Part shown: positions 51,396 through 62,429 of the stretch, piece after piece | How the letters are laid out: each line of letters starts with the position of its first letter | Numbering within the stretch: position 1 is the stretch's first letter | Assembly: GCA_963740315.1 (NCBI GenBank) | Contig: CAVUDP010000001.1 | Coordinates: 320,001 to 384,000 of the forward strand | DNA: 64,000 nucleotides | Source of the DNA: an uncultured cyanobacterium | Lineage (GTDB): Bacteria; Cyanobacteriota; Cyanobacteriia; Cyanobacteriales; Nostocaceae | Reading direction: 5' to 3' | Position numbers and translations under genes: made by a program | The notes under the pieces: generated by a model | What the model was told of the DNA's origin: nothing | The model's input: the letters and a program-made list of their open reading frames with translations, nothing else | The model's database searches: none

Positions 51396-51868
51396 CCACT
51401 ACAAAATCTGTCACAATATATCTTGAATTTAAAAAAAAATAGTGTTTAATAATATCTTTTATACTTGCATTTAACTTTCGTTCGGAACATAATTTACAAT
51501 ATAATCCGAAAGTATTAGGCAAAAAAACCTACTACGAAGTATAAAGATGTAGCTAACATTAATTAGCCCCTGAAATTAATATATACATCTTTAGCAAATA
51601 TCATATTTAATTGCAATCAAGCACATTTGAACTTAAATAAATGCGAATCTATAACATTTATTTGCTTTTAACTTGTATTTCATTTAACCGTAAATACCTA
51701 CAAATTAAGTGCAAACACTAATTAGTAAAAGTAAAAAAAAATCAAATGATTTAGAAAATCGGTTTTAACAGTCTCAAGTTTGGTTAATTACTTTGAATAA
51801 CCGTGTTATTAACATTAAAAATTGGCATACGCTCGCGCCTGACAGCGAATGGGCATTGGAGGCAAGCC

Positions 51869-52813
51869 TCATGCAACATTTCTGCTTTTTTGAACCAATG
51901 TCAACAAAACTTTGGATGTAAAGGGGGAATCGTGGCATAGTATTTTGATTAAATAGAGAATTTGGTGAAATTGCTGCATTTGTCCGCGATCGCGAAAGTA
52001 TTCAGCAGCTTGAAGAAAATCTTCCCTCCATTCCTGTTGCTTACCATTTTTGTAAAGAGCGAAACCTCTACCAATGTAGGCTGCACCTTGATTGCGGTTA
52101 AGTCGAATTGATTCGCTAAAGTCAGTAATCGCGTGCCTATATTTTTTTAACTCGCGAAAAGCATAACCGCGATTGCAGTAAAAACTTGCATCTTCGACAT
52201 CTGTTGAAATTGCTTGAGAAAAATCTTTAATAGCCAAGTCAAAGTCTTTTAATTGCAGATACGTTATGCCTCTATCGTTGAGTATTGCTGCAATATAATG
52301 AGTCTCTTTCACAGGTGTCAGTTCCAATGCTTTTTTATAATCGGCGATCGCTTCTTGATAGCTTTTTTCGTCAAAATGGGCTAAGCCGCGATCGTAGTAG
52401 GCTCGGAAGTCAGAAGGAAAAATCGCCAGAAAATAATTAAAATCGGCGATCGCAGCTGTGGGTAGTTGTAATTTGTAATACGCTAAACCCCGATTTAGAT
52501 AAGCTTCAAAAAATTCTGGGTTTTGTTCGACTGCTGTATTACAATCTGCTATAGCGTGTTGATAATCTGAAGAATGTAGGTAAGCCAAACAGCGATTGTA
52601 ATAAGCCTTTGTATAATCGGCATTAATCTCAATTACTTGAGTAAACTTATCAATAGCTGCGGTATATTCACTACTTTCAAGTTGAGTAATGCCTGATTTA
52701 AACAATTCTAATTCTTTTGAGCTACCCTGGTTTAACGCCAAAGCCTCAGTTTGCAATGAAAAGAGGATTAGTACAACCGCAACCAAACTGAGAAAGATTT
52801 GGTAAAACCGCAT
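51869..52813 (-). CDS. Exported tetratricopeptide-repeat protein
   Basis: Signal peptide plus repeated AYYNRGLAY...AIAD-type units. Confidence 0.92.
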   Translation of the reverse strand: MRFYQIFLSLVAVVLILFSLQTEALALNQGSSKELELFKSGITQLESSEYTAAIDKFTQVIEINADYTKAYYNRCLAYLHSSDYQHAIADCNTAVEQNPEFFEAYLNRGLAYYKLQLPTAAIADFNYFLAIFPSDFRAYYDRGLAHFDEKSYQEAIADYKKALELTPVKETHYIAAILNDRGITYLQLKDFDLAIKDFSQAISTDVEDASFYCNRGYAFRELKKYRHAITDFSESIRLNRNQGAAYIGRGFALYKNGKQQEWREDFLQAAEYFRDRGQMQQFHQILYLIKILCHDSPFTSKVLLTLVQKSRNVA

Positions 52814-52960
52814 GAGTATTAATAAAAATATAATGGATTGGGAGAAGACTAATACATAATTAGTGGTTAATAGTTATTTTTCCGTATAGATAACTACGGT
52901 AAAAAAAATACTAACCACTAAATATAAGCTCTTATTATTCTAGATTTTCCCTTCCTACTT

Positions 52961-53449
52961 TTACCAACCTTTATCAGCCTGAGCTAAAACATATTCTGCA
53001 AGCTGTTCAATTTGTTCGGAAGATAAGCGGTTTCCGAAAGCAGGCATTGCATTTTTACCATTAACTACTTGGTAAACAATTGCATCTTTAGAATACATAT
53101 CGTACTTTTCAAGAACATCTTTTTTCAATGTTTTCTGTGCATTAACCAGGTTTCCTCCACCTACATGACAAGCCGCACAATTTTGTTTAAACAACTTAGC
53201 ACCTTCTTCATAAGAAGCAGCTATAGCCACAGGTTTAACTACATTTGCAGCTACTACAGGTTCAACTACCGATTCAATTGCAGCCTCAACAGGTTTTACA
53301 ACTGTCTTAGTTTTCTCAACAACTGTTACTTCCATAGGAGCAACTTGTTCGACATTAGGAGCAACTGTTGCTTGAGTTTCCTCGCCACAAGCATAGGTGA
53401 AAAACAATAAAGGTATCACCAGAAATACAATAGATAGTATTTTTTTCAT
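52961..53449 (-). CDS. petJ: Cytochrome c6 with extended lipoprotein-like N-terminus
   Basis: [39 protein letters not shown]; Cys21 after a hydrophobic core, then a ~55-aa linker. Confidence 0.85.
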   Translation of the reverse strand: MKKILSIVFLVIPLLFFTYACGEETQATVAPNVEQVAPMEVTVVEKTKTVVKPVEAAIESVVEPVVAANVVKPVAIAASYEEGAKLFKQNCAACHVGGGNLVNAQKTLKKDVLEKYDMYSKDAIVYQVVNGKNAMPAFGNRLSSEQIEQLAEYVLAQADKGW

Positions 53450-53697
53450 AGGTATTTTTCCCTTAATTAACCGGGAGCATTATTTACGATTTGCACGCTT
53501 AAGCTTATCGTTAAACATACTGGTTATTAAATGATAGGAATATACAAATACGAAAAAAGTCTGCATATTAAAGGTTATTAATTAAAAGTTAGGAATTAGT
53601 AATTAAGAATTAGGAATTAAGAATTAGGAATTAGAACCACCGGAGTTAGGAATTCTCTACCCCCTCTACCCCCATCTCCCCCTCTATTGAAATCTGC

Positions 53698-53726
53698 TTG
53701 ACAAACATACTCATAACGACTACGCT
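53698..53726 (+). promoter_or_regulatory. Sigma70-like promoter TTGACA-N17-TACGCT overlapped by a FurC/PerR-like box
   Basis: TTGACA at 53698-53703, TACGCT at 53721-53726, catactcataacgactacg at 53706-53724. Confidence 0.6.
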
Positions 53727-53758
53727 TAATAGTTGTATTTATCGTCATAGTTTTATTT

Positions 53759-54493
53759 ATGTTGCCTAACAAAGAAGGACAAAAAGTACCTAACGTCAAA
53801 TTTCGGGTTCGCGAGAATAATGATTGGAAGGATATCACTACAGATGACTTATTCAAAGGTAAAACTGTAGCTGTCTTTTCTTTACCTGGAGCGTTTACCC
53901 CGACTTGTTCTTCAACGCACTTACCAGGATATAACGAACTTGCCCCCGCTTTTAAACAAAATGGCGTGGACGATATTATTTGTATTTCGGTAAACGATTC
54001 CTTCGTAATGAACGAATGGGCAAAAAATCAAGAAGCGGAGAATGTAACATTAATTCCCGACGGGAACGGTGAATTTTCGGAAGGAATGGGAATGCTAGTT
54101 GATAAAACCGATTTAGGTTTTGGTAAGCGTTCCTGGCGCTATTCCATGCTTGTGAAGGATGGCGTAATTGACAAAATGTTTATCGAGCCAGAGGAACCAG
54201 GGGACCCCTTCAAGGTATCCGATGCAGAGACAATGCTTAAGTATATTAATCCCGACGCTGCAAAACCCAAAAGCCTTTTCATGTTTTCTAAAGAAGGTTG
54301 TCCTTTCTGCGCTCGTGCTAAAGAAATACTCAAACAACAAGGTTTAAATTACGAAGAAATTACCTTAAACAAAGATTTCACCACTCGTGGTTTAAGAGCA
54401 GCTACAGGTTCAACCACAGTTCCTCAATTGTTTATCGATGGTAAATTAATCGGGAATTCCGAAGCGATCGCCGCACACTTTGGCGCTAAGTAA
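53759..54493 (+). CDS. Hybrid peroxiredoxin-5/glutaredoxin
   Basis: [15 protein letters not shown] plus C-terminal CPFC...TVPQLFIDG. Confidence 0.95.
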   Translation: MLPNKEGQKVPNVKFRVRENNDWKDITTDDLFKGKTVAVFSLPGAFTPTCSSTHLPGYNELAPAFKQNGVDDIICISVNDSFVMNEWAKNQEAENVTLIPDGNGEFSEGMGMLVDKTDLGFGKRSWRYSMLVKDGVIDKMFIEPEEPGDPFKVSDAETMLKYINPDAAKPKSLFMFSKEGCPFCARAKEILKQQGLNYEEITLNKDFTTRGLRAATGSTTVPQLFIDGKLIGNSEAIAAHFGAK

Positions 54494-54833
54494 ACGTTTC
54501 CACATCTAACTTTCTTTGTATCTTAGTATCTTCGTGGTTCATTAAGCTTGATTTTTGAACTACGAAGACAATAAAAACCGAAGATAATAGACTATAAACC
54601 GTGTATTTTCAAGCTTAGTTAGCTATTTGAACGGTTAAATGGTGAATCGATGGCATTAATTACAAATAAGGCTCTGTTCTATGCCCGATGCCCAATAATG
54701 AATACCCTATGCCTATGTTTATCTAATCTTAATTTTTTCTTAATTAAATTAAAAATATGTATTTAAGCACATTTAGTTTTTTCACATATGTGTTAGATAG
54801 ATGATAGCAAGTGGAAAATATTAACAAAAATTG

Positions 54834-55169
54834 ATGCTTGATATTAACACAATCACAGAGTTTTCTCGCAACCACTGTGTAACTATTTGTGCCTTCCTAG
54901 TTCCAGCGAATTTAATTCCTACATTATCAACAATGGTTCTGGCTGCACTTCATCGTCCATTGTCTCAAGTTTGCCAATCGGCAGCGGTTGCGGCTTTTTT
55001 TGCAGTAGTGATGATCCTGCACGTTTACACCTGGTTTACGATCAACGTCGTACAGCTTCCTACTTATATTTTGTTGTGGTTAGCCATTACCTGCTTATGT
55101 ACCAATTTAGGGGCAATTATATTTCAAAGGCGTTACGTTCGGACTTATTACTTTATTGAGAATAGGTAA
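54834..55169 (+). CDS. Conserved cyanobacterial membrane protein
   Basis: EFSRNHCVTICAFLVPANL, HVYTWF; three TM segments. Confidence 0.75.
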   Translation: MLDINTITEFSRNHCVTICAFLVPANLIPTLSTMVLAALHRPLSQVCQSAAVAAFFAVVMILHVYTWFTINVVQLPTYILLWLAITCLCTNLGAIIFQRRYVRTYYFIENR

Positions 55170-55215
55170 TTGGGAATAGGGCATTGGGCATAGGAAGATG
55201 TGAGAGGGGGGAGAT

Positions 55216-55420
55216 GGGGTTCGGGGGAGTACTTCGACAAGTCTTACAGTGAGCTACGTCGAACTGCTCAGTAACCTTTGGGGTTCGGGGGAGTACTTCG
55301 ACAAGTCTTACAGTGAGCTACGTCGAACTGCTCAGTAACCTTTGGGGTTCGGGGGAGTACTTCGACAAGTCTTACAGTGAGCTACGTCGAACTGCTCAGT
55401 AACCTTTGGGGTTCGGGGGA
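55216..55420. repeat. 64-bp-period tandem of the small dispersed element (3 copies)
   Basis: Core identical to 15204/15268, separated and flanked by ggggttcggggg. Confidence 0.93.
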
Positions 55421-55498
55421 CAAGGAGCTAAATAATTAACTACTCACTACTCACTACTCACTACTCACTACTAACTCAATACTCAATACTCAATACCT

Positions 55499-56866
55499 TT
55501 AACCTTTATTTATATTGCACAAATCGTCGCGTAATTGAGCTACGACTTTATCGAGTCCGACTGAATGCGCTGCTTTGAATAAAATGCGATCGCCGTCTTG
55601 GAGGTACTGTTTTAAGCCGGTTGTTAGTTCGTTGTGGGTGGCATAACATTCGATGGGAATGCCTTTGGCGCTTTTGGCTATGGCTTGTGCGTCTTCACAG
55701 TTAACTAATACCATCAAGGCATCTAAGTTGAGGGAGCGTACTGTTTCTCCAACGAGTTGATGCAGTTTTTCGGATTTGTCTCCGAGTTCTTTCATCGCAC
55801 CTAGTACCGCAATACGTCGCTTGCCTGGGGTTTCGGCTAATAAGTTCAACGCTGCTACCATTGCTTCTGGTGCTGCATTATAAGTTTCATCTAAGATTAC
55901 CACGTCGTTGAGCAAGGTAAATTGCACGGAACGTCCTTCTGGCATATCTACTACGACACCATTTTTAAAGCAATTCCAGTCGATACCCAAAACTTGCGCG
56001 ACTGCTAAAGCTGCCATGTAGTTAGCAGCAATGTGTCTTCCCGGCATCGGTAAGGGTAAGCGTAAACCCGCGATTTCTAAAGTATAGTTATCAATCAATT
56101 TGCCGTGGATATCACCGCCAGTAAACCCGAAGGCGATCGCTTTACCTTGCCAAACTTTCGCTGCCATTTCCATCAATAGAGGATTATCGTAGTTGAGGAT
56201 TGCTATCCCATCCGGAGGCATTTCTGCTAATAGTTCGCATTTTGCTTGGGCTATGGCTGATTCAGAACCGAGTAGCTCGATATGCGCGGTTCCTACATTA
56301 GTAATTACGGCAATTGTTGGACGGGCTATCTGTGTAAGTTCGGCAATTTGTCCCAACCCCCGCATCGCCATTTCGATGACGGCGTAATCATGTTCCGCTT
56401 CCAATTCTAAAAGAGTTTTTGGTACCCCGATTTCATTGTTGAAATTGGCATAAGTTTTGTGAACTCTTCCTTGAGTACTTAAAACCCCGGCAATTAACTC
56501 TTTAGTTGTGGTTTTACCAACCGAACCCGTAACCCCAATTATCGGTATTGAAAATTGATTGCGCCACCATTGACCAATTTTTTGATAAGCTTCGAGGGTA
56601 TTTGTTACTTGCAATACCGGAAATTGCGGATTCTTGTATTCAAAATCAACAATTGCTACACTAGCACCTTTGGCGATCGCTGTAGCCACAAACTTATGTC
56701 CATCATACTTTTCACCGCGAAAAGCGACAAATACTTCTCCAGGCTTAATAATCCTACTGTCTGTTTGTATACCAACAAATGATTGTGCAAGTGCTGTTTC
56801 TGAGAGATTTACACAAGTAGCACCAAGCAATTCAACTAACTGTTTGAGAGTGGCAGAACAAGGCAT
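55499..56866 (-). CDS. murF: UDP-MurNAc-tripeptide--D-Ala-D-Ala ligase
   Basis: TDSR, GVTGSVGKTTTKE, NNEIGVP, DETYNAAPE. Confidence 0.96.
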   Translation of the reverse strand: MPCSATLKQLVELLGATCVNLSETALAQSFVGIQTDSRIIKPGEVFVAFRGEKYDGHKFVATAIAKGASVAIVDFEYKNPQFPVLQVTNTLEAYQKIGQWWRNQFSIPIIGVTGSVGKTTTKELIAGVLSTQGRVHKTYANFNNEIGVPKTLLELEAEHDYAVIEMAMRGLGQIAELTQIARPTIAVITNVGTAHIELLGSESAIAQAKCELLAEMPPDGIAILNYDNPLLMEMAAKVWQGKAIAFGFTGGDIHGKLIDNYTLEIAGLRLPLPMPGRHIAANYMAALAVAQVLGIDWNCFKNGVVVDMPEGRSVQFTLLNDVVILDETYNAAPEAMVAALNLLAETPGKRRIAVLGAMKELGDKSEKLHQLVGETVRSLNLDALMVLVNCEDAQAIAKSAKGIPIECYATHNELTTGLKQYLQDGDRILFKAAHSVGLDKVVAQLRDDLCNINKG

Positions 56867-57251
56867 AATACCTTCCGGTTTGGGATTACGAAAGTAAATT
56901 TATTAACAAAGAATCATCGAACCGTTCGCAAGTAATACTCGCAAACAAAAGTCCTCTAATCCTATAGTTCTTTTAGGGAAAATATAAAGTACCAGATTTA
57001 ACATTTTTACATATAGTTGTTGTATTCGTTAAAAATCGTCTCCAGCAAAATGTACCATCACAAGTTGATACTCATGATGGCACATTCAAAAATGGTTATT
57101 CAATTGGATTTATCAAGTTTTGGATTGGCAAGCAATAGTCAAGTCAGGAATACAAGCCTCGCGACTGAGATCGCAAATTTTCACTTCCATACATTGCTTC
57201 TACTAACCCACTTGTTAATAAAAATATTAAATTTTAACTATCTTGTAGCTA

Positions 57252-57695
57252 CTATCCCCGATTTTTAATAAACATCACTTCGATGATTTTTCGACCTATA
57301 TCGCCCTGAATACCCAAAGCTTGATACAACTCGCTTAAAAAGTCTTGCTCTTCGGCGAGGATGCCATCAGTCAAAACCAAGTCTGTAGCTACTGCAAAAG
57401 CTGCTTCTCTTAATTCTTCACTCATAGAATCTTTTGCAGAATCAAATAAATTATTTACACCTTCGTGTCGAATAATACCTGAGAGTATATCGAGCATCGA
57501 TTGCATTTCATCCTCGGAGTAGCTGTTAAACAGCTTTAAATGAGATAGCGCAAAAGAAATATTACGCGCTTGGTTCTGTGAAAGATTACCATCTGAAGCA
57601 ATTGAAATCAAAGCGATCGCAGTCAAAGCTTCTGCTGGACTGAGTGCATTTTGTACTCTGCTTTGAGAACCGGATGCCCTATCAAATAGACTCAT
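57252..57695 (-). CDS. TerB-family protein
   Basis: AIALISIASDG, AFAVATDLVLTDG, IIEVMFIKNRG. Confidence 0.85.
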   Translation of the reverse strand: MSLFDRASGSQSRVQNALSPAEALTAIALISIASDGNLSQNQARNISFALSHLKLFNSYSEDEMQSMLDILSGIIRHEGVNNLFDSAKDSMSEELREAAFAVATDLVLTDGILAEEQDFLSELYQALGIQGDIGRKIIEVMFIKNRG

Positions 57696-58526
57696 TACAA
57701 CTTATTCCTTAAATAGGGTCTTTGTGATAGTGTATCTACTTAGATAATTTAAAAGTAAGTAAACAATACCACCAAGACTGGATAAGTATAGTGTTCCCAA
57801 GATTAGCTCTAAGCGAACACTTGCACCCAGCTTTTTTGACAGAAAATTATTCTTTTTGCGTAGTTTTATGGAAAATCCTTTTAATACGGATGGCGGAGGT
57901 CATTTTTTTCAAATGTTTCGACTACCGCTAAACCAATTCCAGATATAGTAAGTAGCAACATTACTGAGGCTAGGAAGGCTTTTACAAGGATATATAGAGC
58001 TTCATCGAAGAAAATGTAGGTGGTCATGGCTTACATATTTGAACTAAAAGAGTAACTAGTGCTATTGAATTCTCCAACCTTTAGCGTTCTATTTCCACTG
58101 AGAAAACACTAGTATTTGTATCTTAACAAAACTTTAGCTTTGTTCTGGTACCGTTATAACATTTTGTTTTTAAAGATTAGATGAGTTTTTATGAAAATAT
58201 TAATTAACTTTGTTCGATAAAAATTTGATTGCTTAATAATATTGCGATTATTTTCTATTAAGTATGGAAAATTTTAGTAATAAAGATTACATTGTCATCC
58301 TATTCTTTGATTTTTAGTTTTATATTTAGTTTAAGCTTATTAAACGCTGTATTCCATATATAGCGAGGTTTTGAGGCTTACTATTTTATTGGAAATCAAT
58401 TAATATTGCCCGCCGCAGTGATTTATTTATGTCTATATTTATATTACAAATTAACTGACAAACAAACTTATAAATCAATTTACAAATTAATTCACAAATA
58501 ACTATATATTCTTGGAGTGAAAAAAA

Positions 58527-59108
58527 ATGAAGTTAGCCAAAGACTTAATTAGTTTAATATTTCGAGAAAAAGTGCAACCGAACCATATTTTATTAAATAT
58601 AGAAATAATTAGCGATTGCCTTTTACTAAAATCGATATCGTTAGCGTATAAAAAACAGATTTTTGAGACATTTACTGAGGATATTACAACTTATATGTAT
58701 CCTAAAGCAGCCAAGAATATTGCCCAAACAGCATCATTTATCAAAAGCTCTCTAGAAGGGATGAAAAACGAACATGAATTAATAATGGTAATTTTGAAAA
58801 AAGATACCCAAGAATTTTTAGGCTGTACTGGAATACATCGCATCAACAGCGAACACCCAGAATTTGGTATTTGGCTGAAAAAAACAGCCCACGGTAACGG
58901 TTATGGCTTAGAAACAATCGTCGCGATCAAAAACTGGTGCGAAGAAAACTTAGATTGCGAATATTTTACTTACCCAGTAGATGAAGAGAATTATCCCAGC
59001 CGCAGAATACCAGAAAAACTGGGTGGAGAAATTATCAGAACTTATCAAAAGAGAAACTTAAGCGGTAGAATTTTAAATCTAGTTGAATACAGAATCCCGA
59101 AAGGTTGA
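58527..59108 (+). CDS. GNAT (RimJ/RimL-type) N-acetyltransferase
   Basis: EFGIWLKKTAHGNGYGLE, NYPSRRIPEKLGG. Confidence 0.88.
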   Translation: MKLAKDLISLIFREKVQPNHILLNIEIISDCLLLKSISLAYKKQIFETFTEDITTYMYPKAAKNIAQTASFIKSSLEGMKNEHELIMVILKKDTQEFLGCTGIHRINSEHPEFGIWLKKTAHGNGYGLETIVAIKNWCEENLDCEYFTYPVDEENYPSRRIPEKLGGEIIRTYQKRNLSGRILNLVEYRIPKG

Positions 59109-59306
59109 AAAAGGTCAAAGGTCTGCATGTTAAAGGTCAAAGGTTAAACTCATAACTTATTCTCCCCATCCCCTTGTCTCCCCATCTCCCCATCCCCCCA
59201 TCTCCCCATCCCCCTTGTCCCCTCATCTCCCCATTTCCTTGTCCCCAATTACCATTCACGCGGCTAGCGAAGCGTACCGTAGGTATTGCGTGCGGGCGTA
59301 TACCAA

Positions 59307-59672
59307 TTACCTAAGAGCCCATAGAAAACATATTAATAGCAAGCCAAATATCATTAATAAACCTTGGTTGCGTCTTATCCAACTACTAATACTTGCATTC
59401 AAGCTGGGTTTCTGATTTTTCTGCTGTAATTCTAAATTGCGTTTTTCTTCATTTTGATAAAGAGTACATTCTTTAGCGTAGGGACGTTTGGGATAATTAC
59501 AAGTATCGTCAGCATGGTAGGTACAGGTGTCACAAAGATATTCATCTCCCGCAGCGCGATGTAAAGGTATACCGGGATGTCCGTAAGCCTTAAGCTGGGT
59601 ACGACAAAAAGGGCAGGTAAGTGCCTGTGAGTTTATGGTTTGTTTGCAGCGAGGGCAAGTTGCAGTGTCCAC
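59307..59672 (-). CDS. Zinc-ribbon protein with C-terminal TM helix
   Basis: CPRC...CPFC, CDTC...C...C. Confidence 0.8.
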   Translation of the reverse strand: MDTATCPRCKQTINSQALTCPFCRTQLKAYGHPGIPLHRAAGDEYLCDTCTYHADDTCNYPKRPYAKECTLYQNEEKRNLELQQKNQKPSLNASISSWIRRNQGLLMIFGLLLICFLWALR

Positions 59673-59885
59673 AGCCGATACTAAATTTAGTGTTTGAACA
59701 TCTTGATTTTAACTGAAAGCTGAGAAGGGTTAAGGGTTAAGAGTTAAGAGTTAGGAGTTAGGAGTTAGGAGTTAGGAGTTAAGAAAGCGGAGGAAGCGGA
59801 GGAAGCGGAGGAAGCGGAGGGAGAAAATAAATAAATCAATAATTAGCAAGTAAAAAAATTAATTGCTTCCCCTGCCTCCTCCGCC

Positions 59886-60725
59886 TCAAGAGCCTCCCCT
59901 GCTCTCCCCATCCCCCCATCCCCCCATCCCCCCATTTTTCTCTCGAATCTCCGCCCTCAATGCTTTAATTTCTTCGTGTAAGGCAATAATGGATTTAGAA
60001 CTGGCTACTGATGCTTCTTCGTCTTCCGCGTCTCTACCTATGAAAAATGTGGCTATTGCTGCTGTAAAGTAGCCGAATACGGTGAAGGCATAGAGAGCTA
60101 AGATAAAGCATAATACTCTACCCTGGGCGGTTTGCGGGGAGTAGTCGCCTCCGTAAGTTATCATCAACATTGCCGTCCACCATAGGGCATTGCTGTAACT
60201 TTTAATTCCTCCGTCGGGAAGATCGCTTTCAAATGCATACATTCCCGCTGCACCGACGAAAGTCACAATTAAAGTTAGTCCTAAAACATAACCAAAGTTG
60301 CGCCGATTCATGGTAATTCTTAAAGCTCGCATTCCGCGATTCAGGGAGCCGACTATCCGCAATAAACGCAAGGAACGTGTAGCACGAGCAACTCTTGCTA
60401 AACGTAAGACTCGCACAAATCGAAAAACTCGTAATGCTGGAACCAGCAGGGAAATACCTATAAGCCAGTTATTTTTTAGATAATTAAGCTTGCGGGGAGA
60501 TATGCTAAATCGTAATATAAAATCGAAAATAAATATAATCCAGATAGTTGTCGAAATAGCATCGAGTAAGGGAATCATCCCCCAAATTAATTCGACGACT
60601 AATAGCGCCAGCCATACGAAGCCCAGCACTACCATCGGCATTTCTAACCAGTCATCGAGTTGTTGAACAAAATCGGTTAATTCTCTTTCTAACTCAAATT
60701 TTTCTGTTGGATTCATTTGTGACAT
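59886..60725 (-). CDS. Ion transporter (voltage-gated channel-like 6-TM fold)
   Basis: S4-like LRVFRFVRVLRLAR, ALWWTAMLMITYGGDYSPQT pore region; start uncertain (60725-60752). Confidence 0.85.
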   Translation of the reverse strand: MSQMNPTEKFELERELTDFVQQLDDWLEMPMVVLGFVWLALLVVELIWGMIPLLDAISTTIWIIFIFDFILRFSISPRKLNYLKNNWLIGISLLVPALRVFRFVRVLRLARVARATRSLRLLRIVGSLNRGMRALRITMNRRNFGYVLGLTLIVTFVGAAGMYAFESDLPDGGIKSYSNALWWTAMLMITYGGDYSPQTAQGRVLCFILALYAFTVFGYFTAAIATFFIGRDAEDEEASVASSKSIIALHEEIKALRAEIREKNGGMGGWGDGESRGGS

Positions 60726-60863
60726 AAATCGACGCTGTAAATAAAGTGACAATTCTTCCTCAAGGAAGCGATATAAACACCTTTGGGAAGATGCCTTTAG
60801 ATAGATATTTTTAGTATGAATGAGTGATAATAAAAGTCACATCCCGCCACAAGGAGAATTTTG

Positions 60864-61799
60864 ATGAGTTTAAAGCAGATTTGGAGGTTATTAAAAGAAA
60901 CTTTTAAAGAATGGAATGATGATAACGCTTCTCGATTGGCTGCTGCTTTGTCGTATTACACGATTTTTTCTTTAGCGCCTTTATTGATTATTGCGATCGC
61001 GATCGCGGGTGCTGTATTTGGAGATGAAGCGGCTAGCGGTGAGATTGTTAAACAAATACAGGGTTTGGTGGGTAAAGCTGGTGCGGAAGTAATTCAAACG
61101 GCGCTGCAAAATGCTCAAAAGCCAGATACGCGCAATTTCGCTTCAATTATCAGTATTGTGGTTTTGTTATTTGGTGCGAGTAACGTTTTTGCTCAAATTC
61201 AAGACGCACTTAACACGATTTGGGAAGTAGAGCCGAAGCCAGGGCGTAGTTTTCTGCTAACGCTTCGCAAACGTTTTGTATCTTTTGCAATGGTAGCGGG
61301 TGTAGGCTTTTTATTATTGGTATCGCTGATTGTCAATACTGCTTTAGAAGCGATGCTTAAATACTTTAACAATTTATTGCCGGGATTTGATTGGTTATGG
61401 CAAGTCGGTAACTTTGCAATTTCTTTTGCAGTTATCACCCTACTGTTTGCCTTTATTTACAAATTTATTCCAGATGCCAAAATTGCTTGGAATGATGTCT
61501 GGATTGGTTCGGCTATGACTTCATTATTATTTGTAATTGGTAAATATCTTCTAGGTTTATATTTAGGAAACAGCAGTTTTGGTTCGGCTTACGGTGCTGC
61601 GGGTTCGTTGATAGTTCTTTTGGCTTGGATTAACTACGCCGCCCAAATTATCTTTTTTGGTGCCGAATTTACCCAAGTTTATGCAAGTAAATATGGTTCT
61701 CGTATTGAACCAGATGAAAACTCAAGGAAAGTACCTGAAGCAGATAGGGCATCTCAAGGAATGAAGCGGAGAAATTCGCGTCGAAAAGAAGGTTCGTAG
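60864..61799 (+). CDS. YihY/virulence factor BrkB family protein
   Basis: AAALSYYTIFSLAP, YGAAGSLIVLLAWINY. Confidence 0.92.
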   Translation: MSLKQIWRLLKETFKEWNDDNASRLAAALSYYTIFSLAPLLIIAIAIAGAVFGDEAASGEIVKQIQGLVGKAGAEVIQTALQNAQKPDTRNFASIISIVVLLFGASNVFAQIQDALNTIWEVEPKPGRSFLLTLRKRFVSFAMVAGVGFLLLVSLIVNTALEAMLKYFNNLLPGFDWLWQVGNFAISFAVITLLFAFIYKFIPDAKIAWNDVWIGSAMTSLLFVIGKYLLGLYLGNSSFGSAYGAAGSLIVLLAWINYAAQIIFFGAEFTQVYASKYGSRIEPDENSRKVPEADRASQGMKRRNSRRKEGS

Positions 61800-61809
61800 T
61801 TAGCGAGGA

Positions 61810-62358
61810 TTAACTCAAATAAGGACGAGCTAACATAAAGCTGGAAATCGATTTAGAATCAACTGGCTCGCCTGCTAAAATCGCTTTCTCTAATTCTGCG
61901 GGAGTGAAAAATAAAACTTCTATATCTTCATCATCATCTAATTTTGGCGGTAATTCTAATTTTTCTAAATCCTCTGCCAGATATGCGTAGATAATCTCAT
62001 CGGAATATCCCGGTGCAAGGAAAAATTCTCCCAATTTCTGCCATTTTGCGGCACTATAACCAGTTTCTTCCTGTATTTCCCGTTGAATTGTATCGAAGGG
62101 ACTTTCGTTTTCTTCCACCGTACCTGCGGGAAATTCTAACAACCTTCCAGCAACTGCAAAACGATACTGACGTAAAAGTATTAATTTACCTTCTTCGGTT
62201 ACGGGTATAGCTAAAGCTCCACCGGGATGACGAACGCATTCCCAATCACCTTCCGCTTTATTAGGTAGGCGCAAGCGATTTACTTCAAAGTCAAACTTTC
62301 GCCCTTTATAAAAAAAGCGCTGCTTTAATAATTGCGGTAATTCTCTGCCTTTAGCCAT
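61810..62358 (-). CDS. NUDIX hydrolase (ADP-ribose pyrophosphatase-like)
   Basis: EFPAGTVEENESPFDTIQREIQEETGY Nudix box. Confidence 0.93.
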   Translation of the reverse strand: MAKGRELPQLLKQRFFYKGRKFDFEVNRLRLPNKAEGDWECVRHPGGALAIPVTEEGKLILLRQYRFAVAGRLLEFPAGTVEENESPFDTIQREIQEETGYSAAKWQKLGEFFLAPGYSDEIIYAYLAEDLEKLELPPKLDDDEDIEVLFFTPAELEKAILAGEPVDSKSISSFMLARPYLS

Positions 62359-62429
62359 ATTTCAAAGTTTTAATTGAAATTTCAATCGTTGATTTTTTAT
62401 CAACTTTGTTGTAACTTATGACGATAAAA

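Noticed and set aside
55216..55420. CRISPR array (also 15192-15331)
   Set aside because: The intervening sequences are ~12 bp and identical within a locus, there are no unique spacers, and no cas genes are in the window.
57696..58526. Hidden gene or RNA in the long AT-rich spacer (also 46270-47060)
   Set aside because: No ORF of 60 aa or more in the track and only weak hairpins; nothing supportable by eye.
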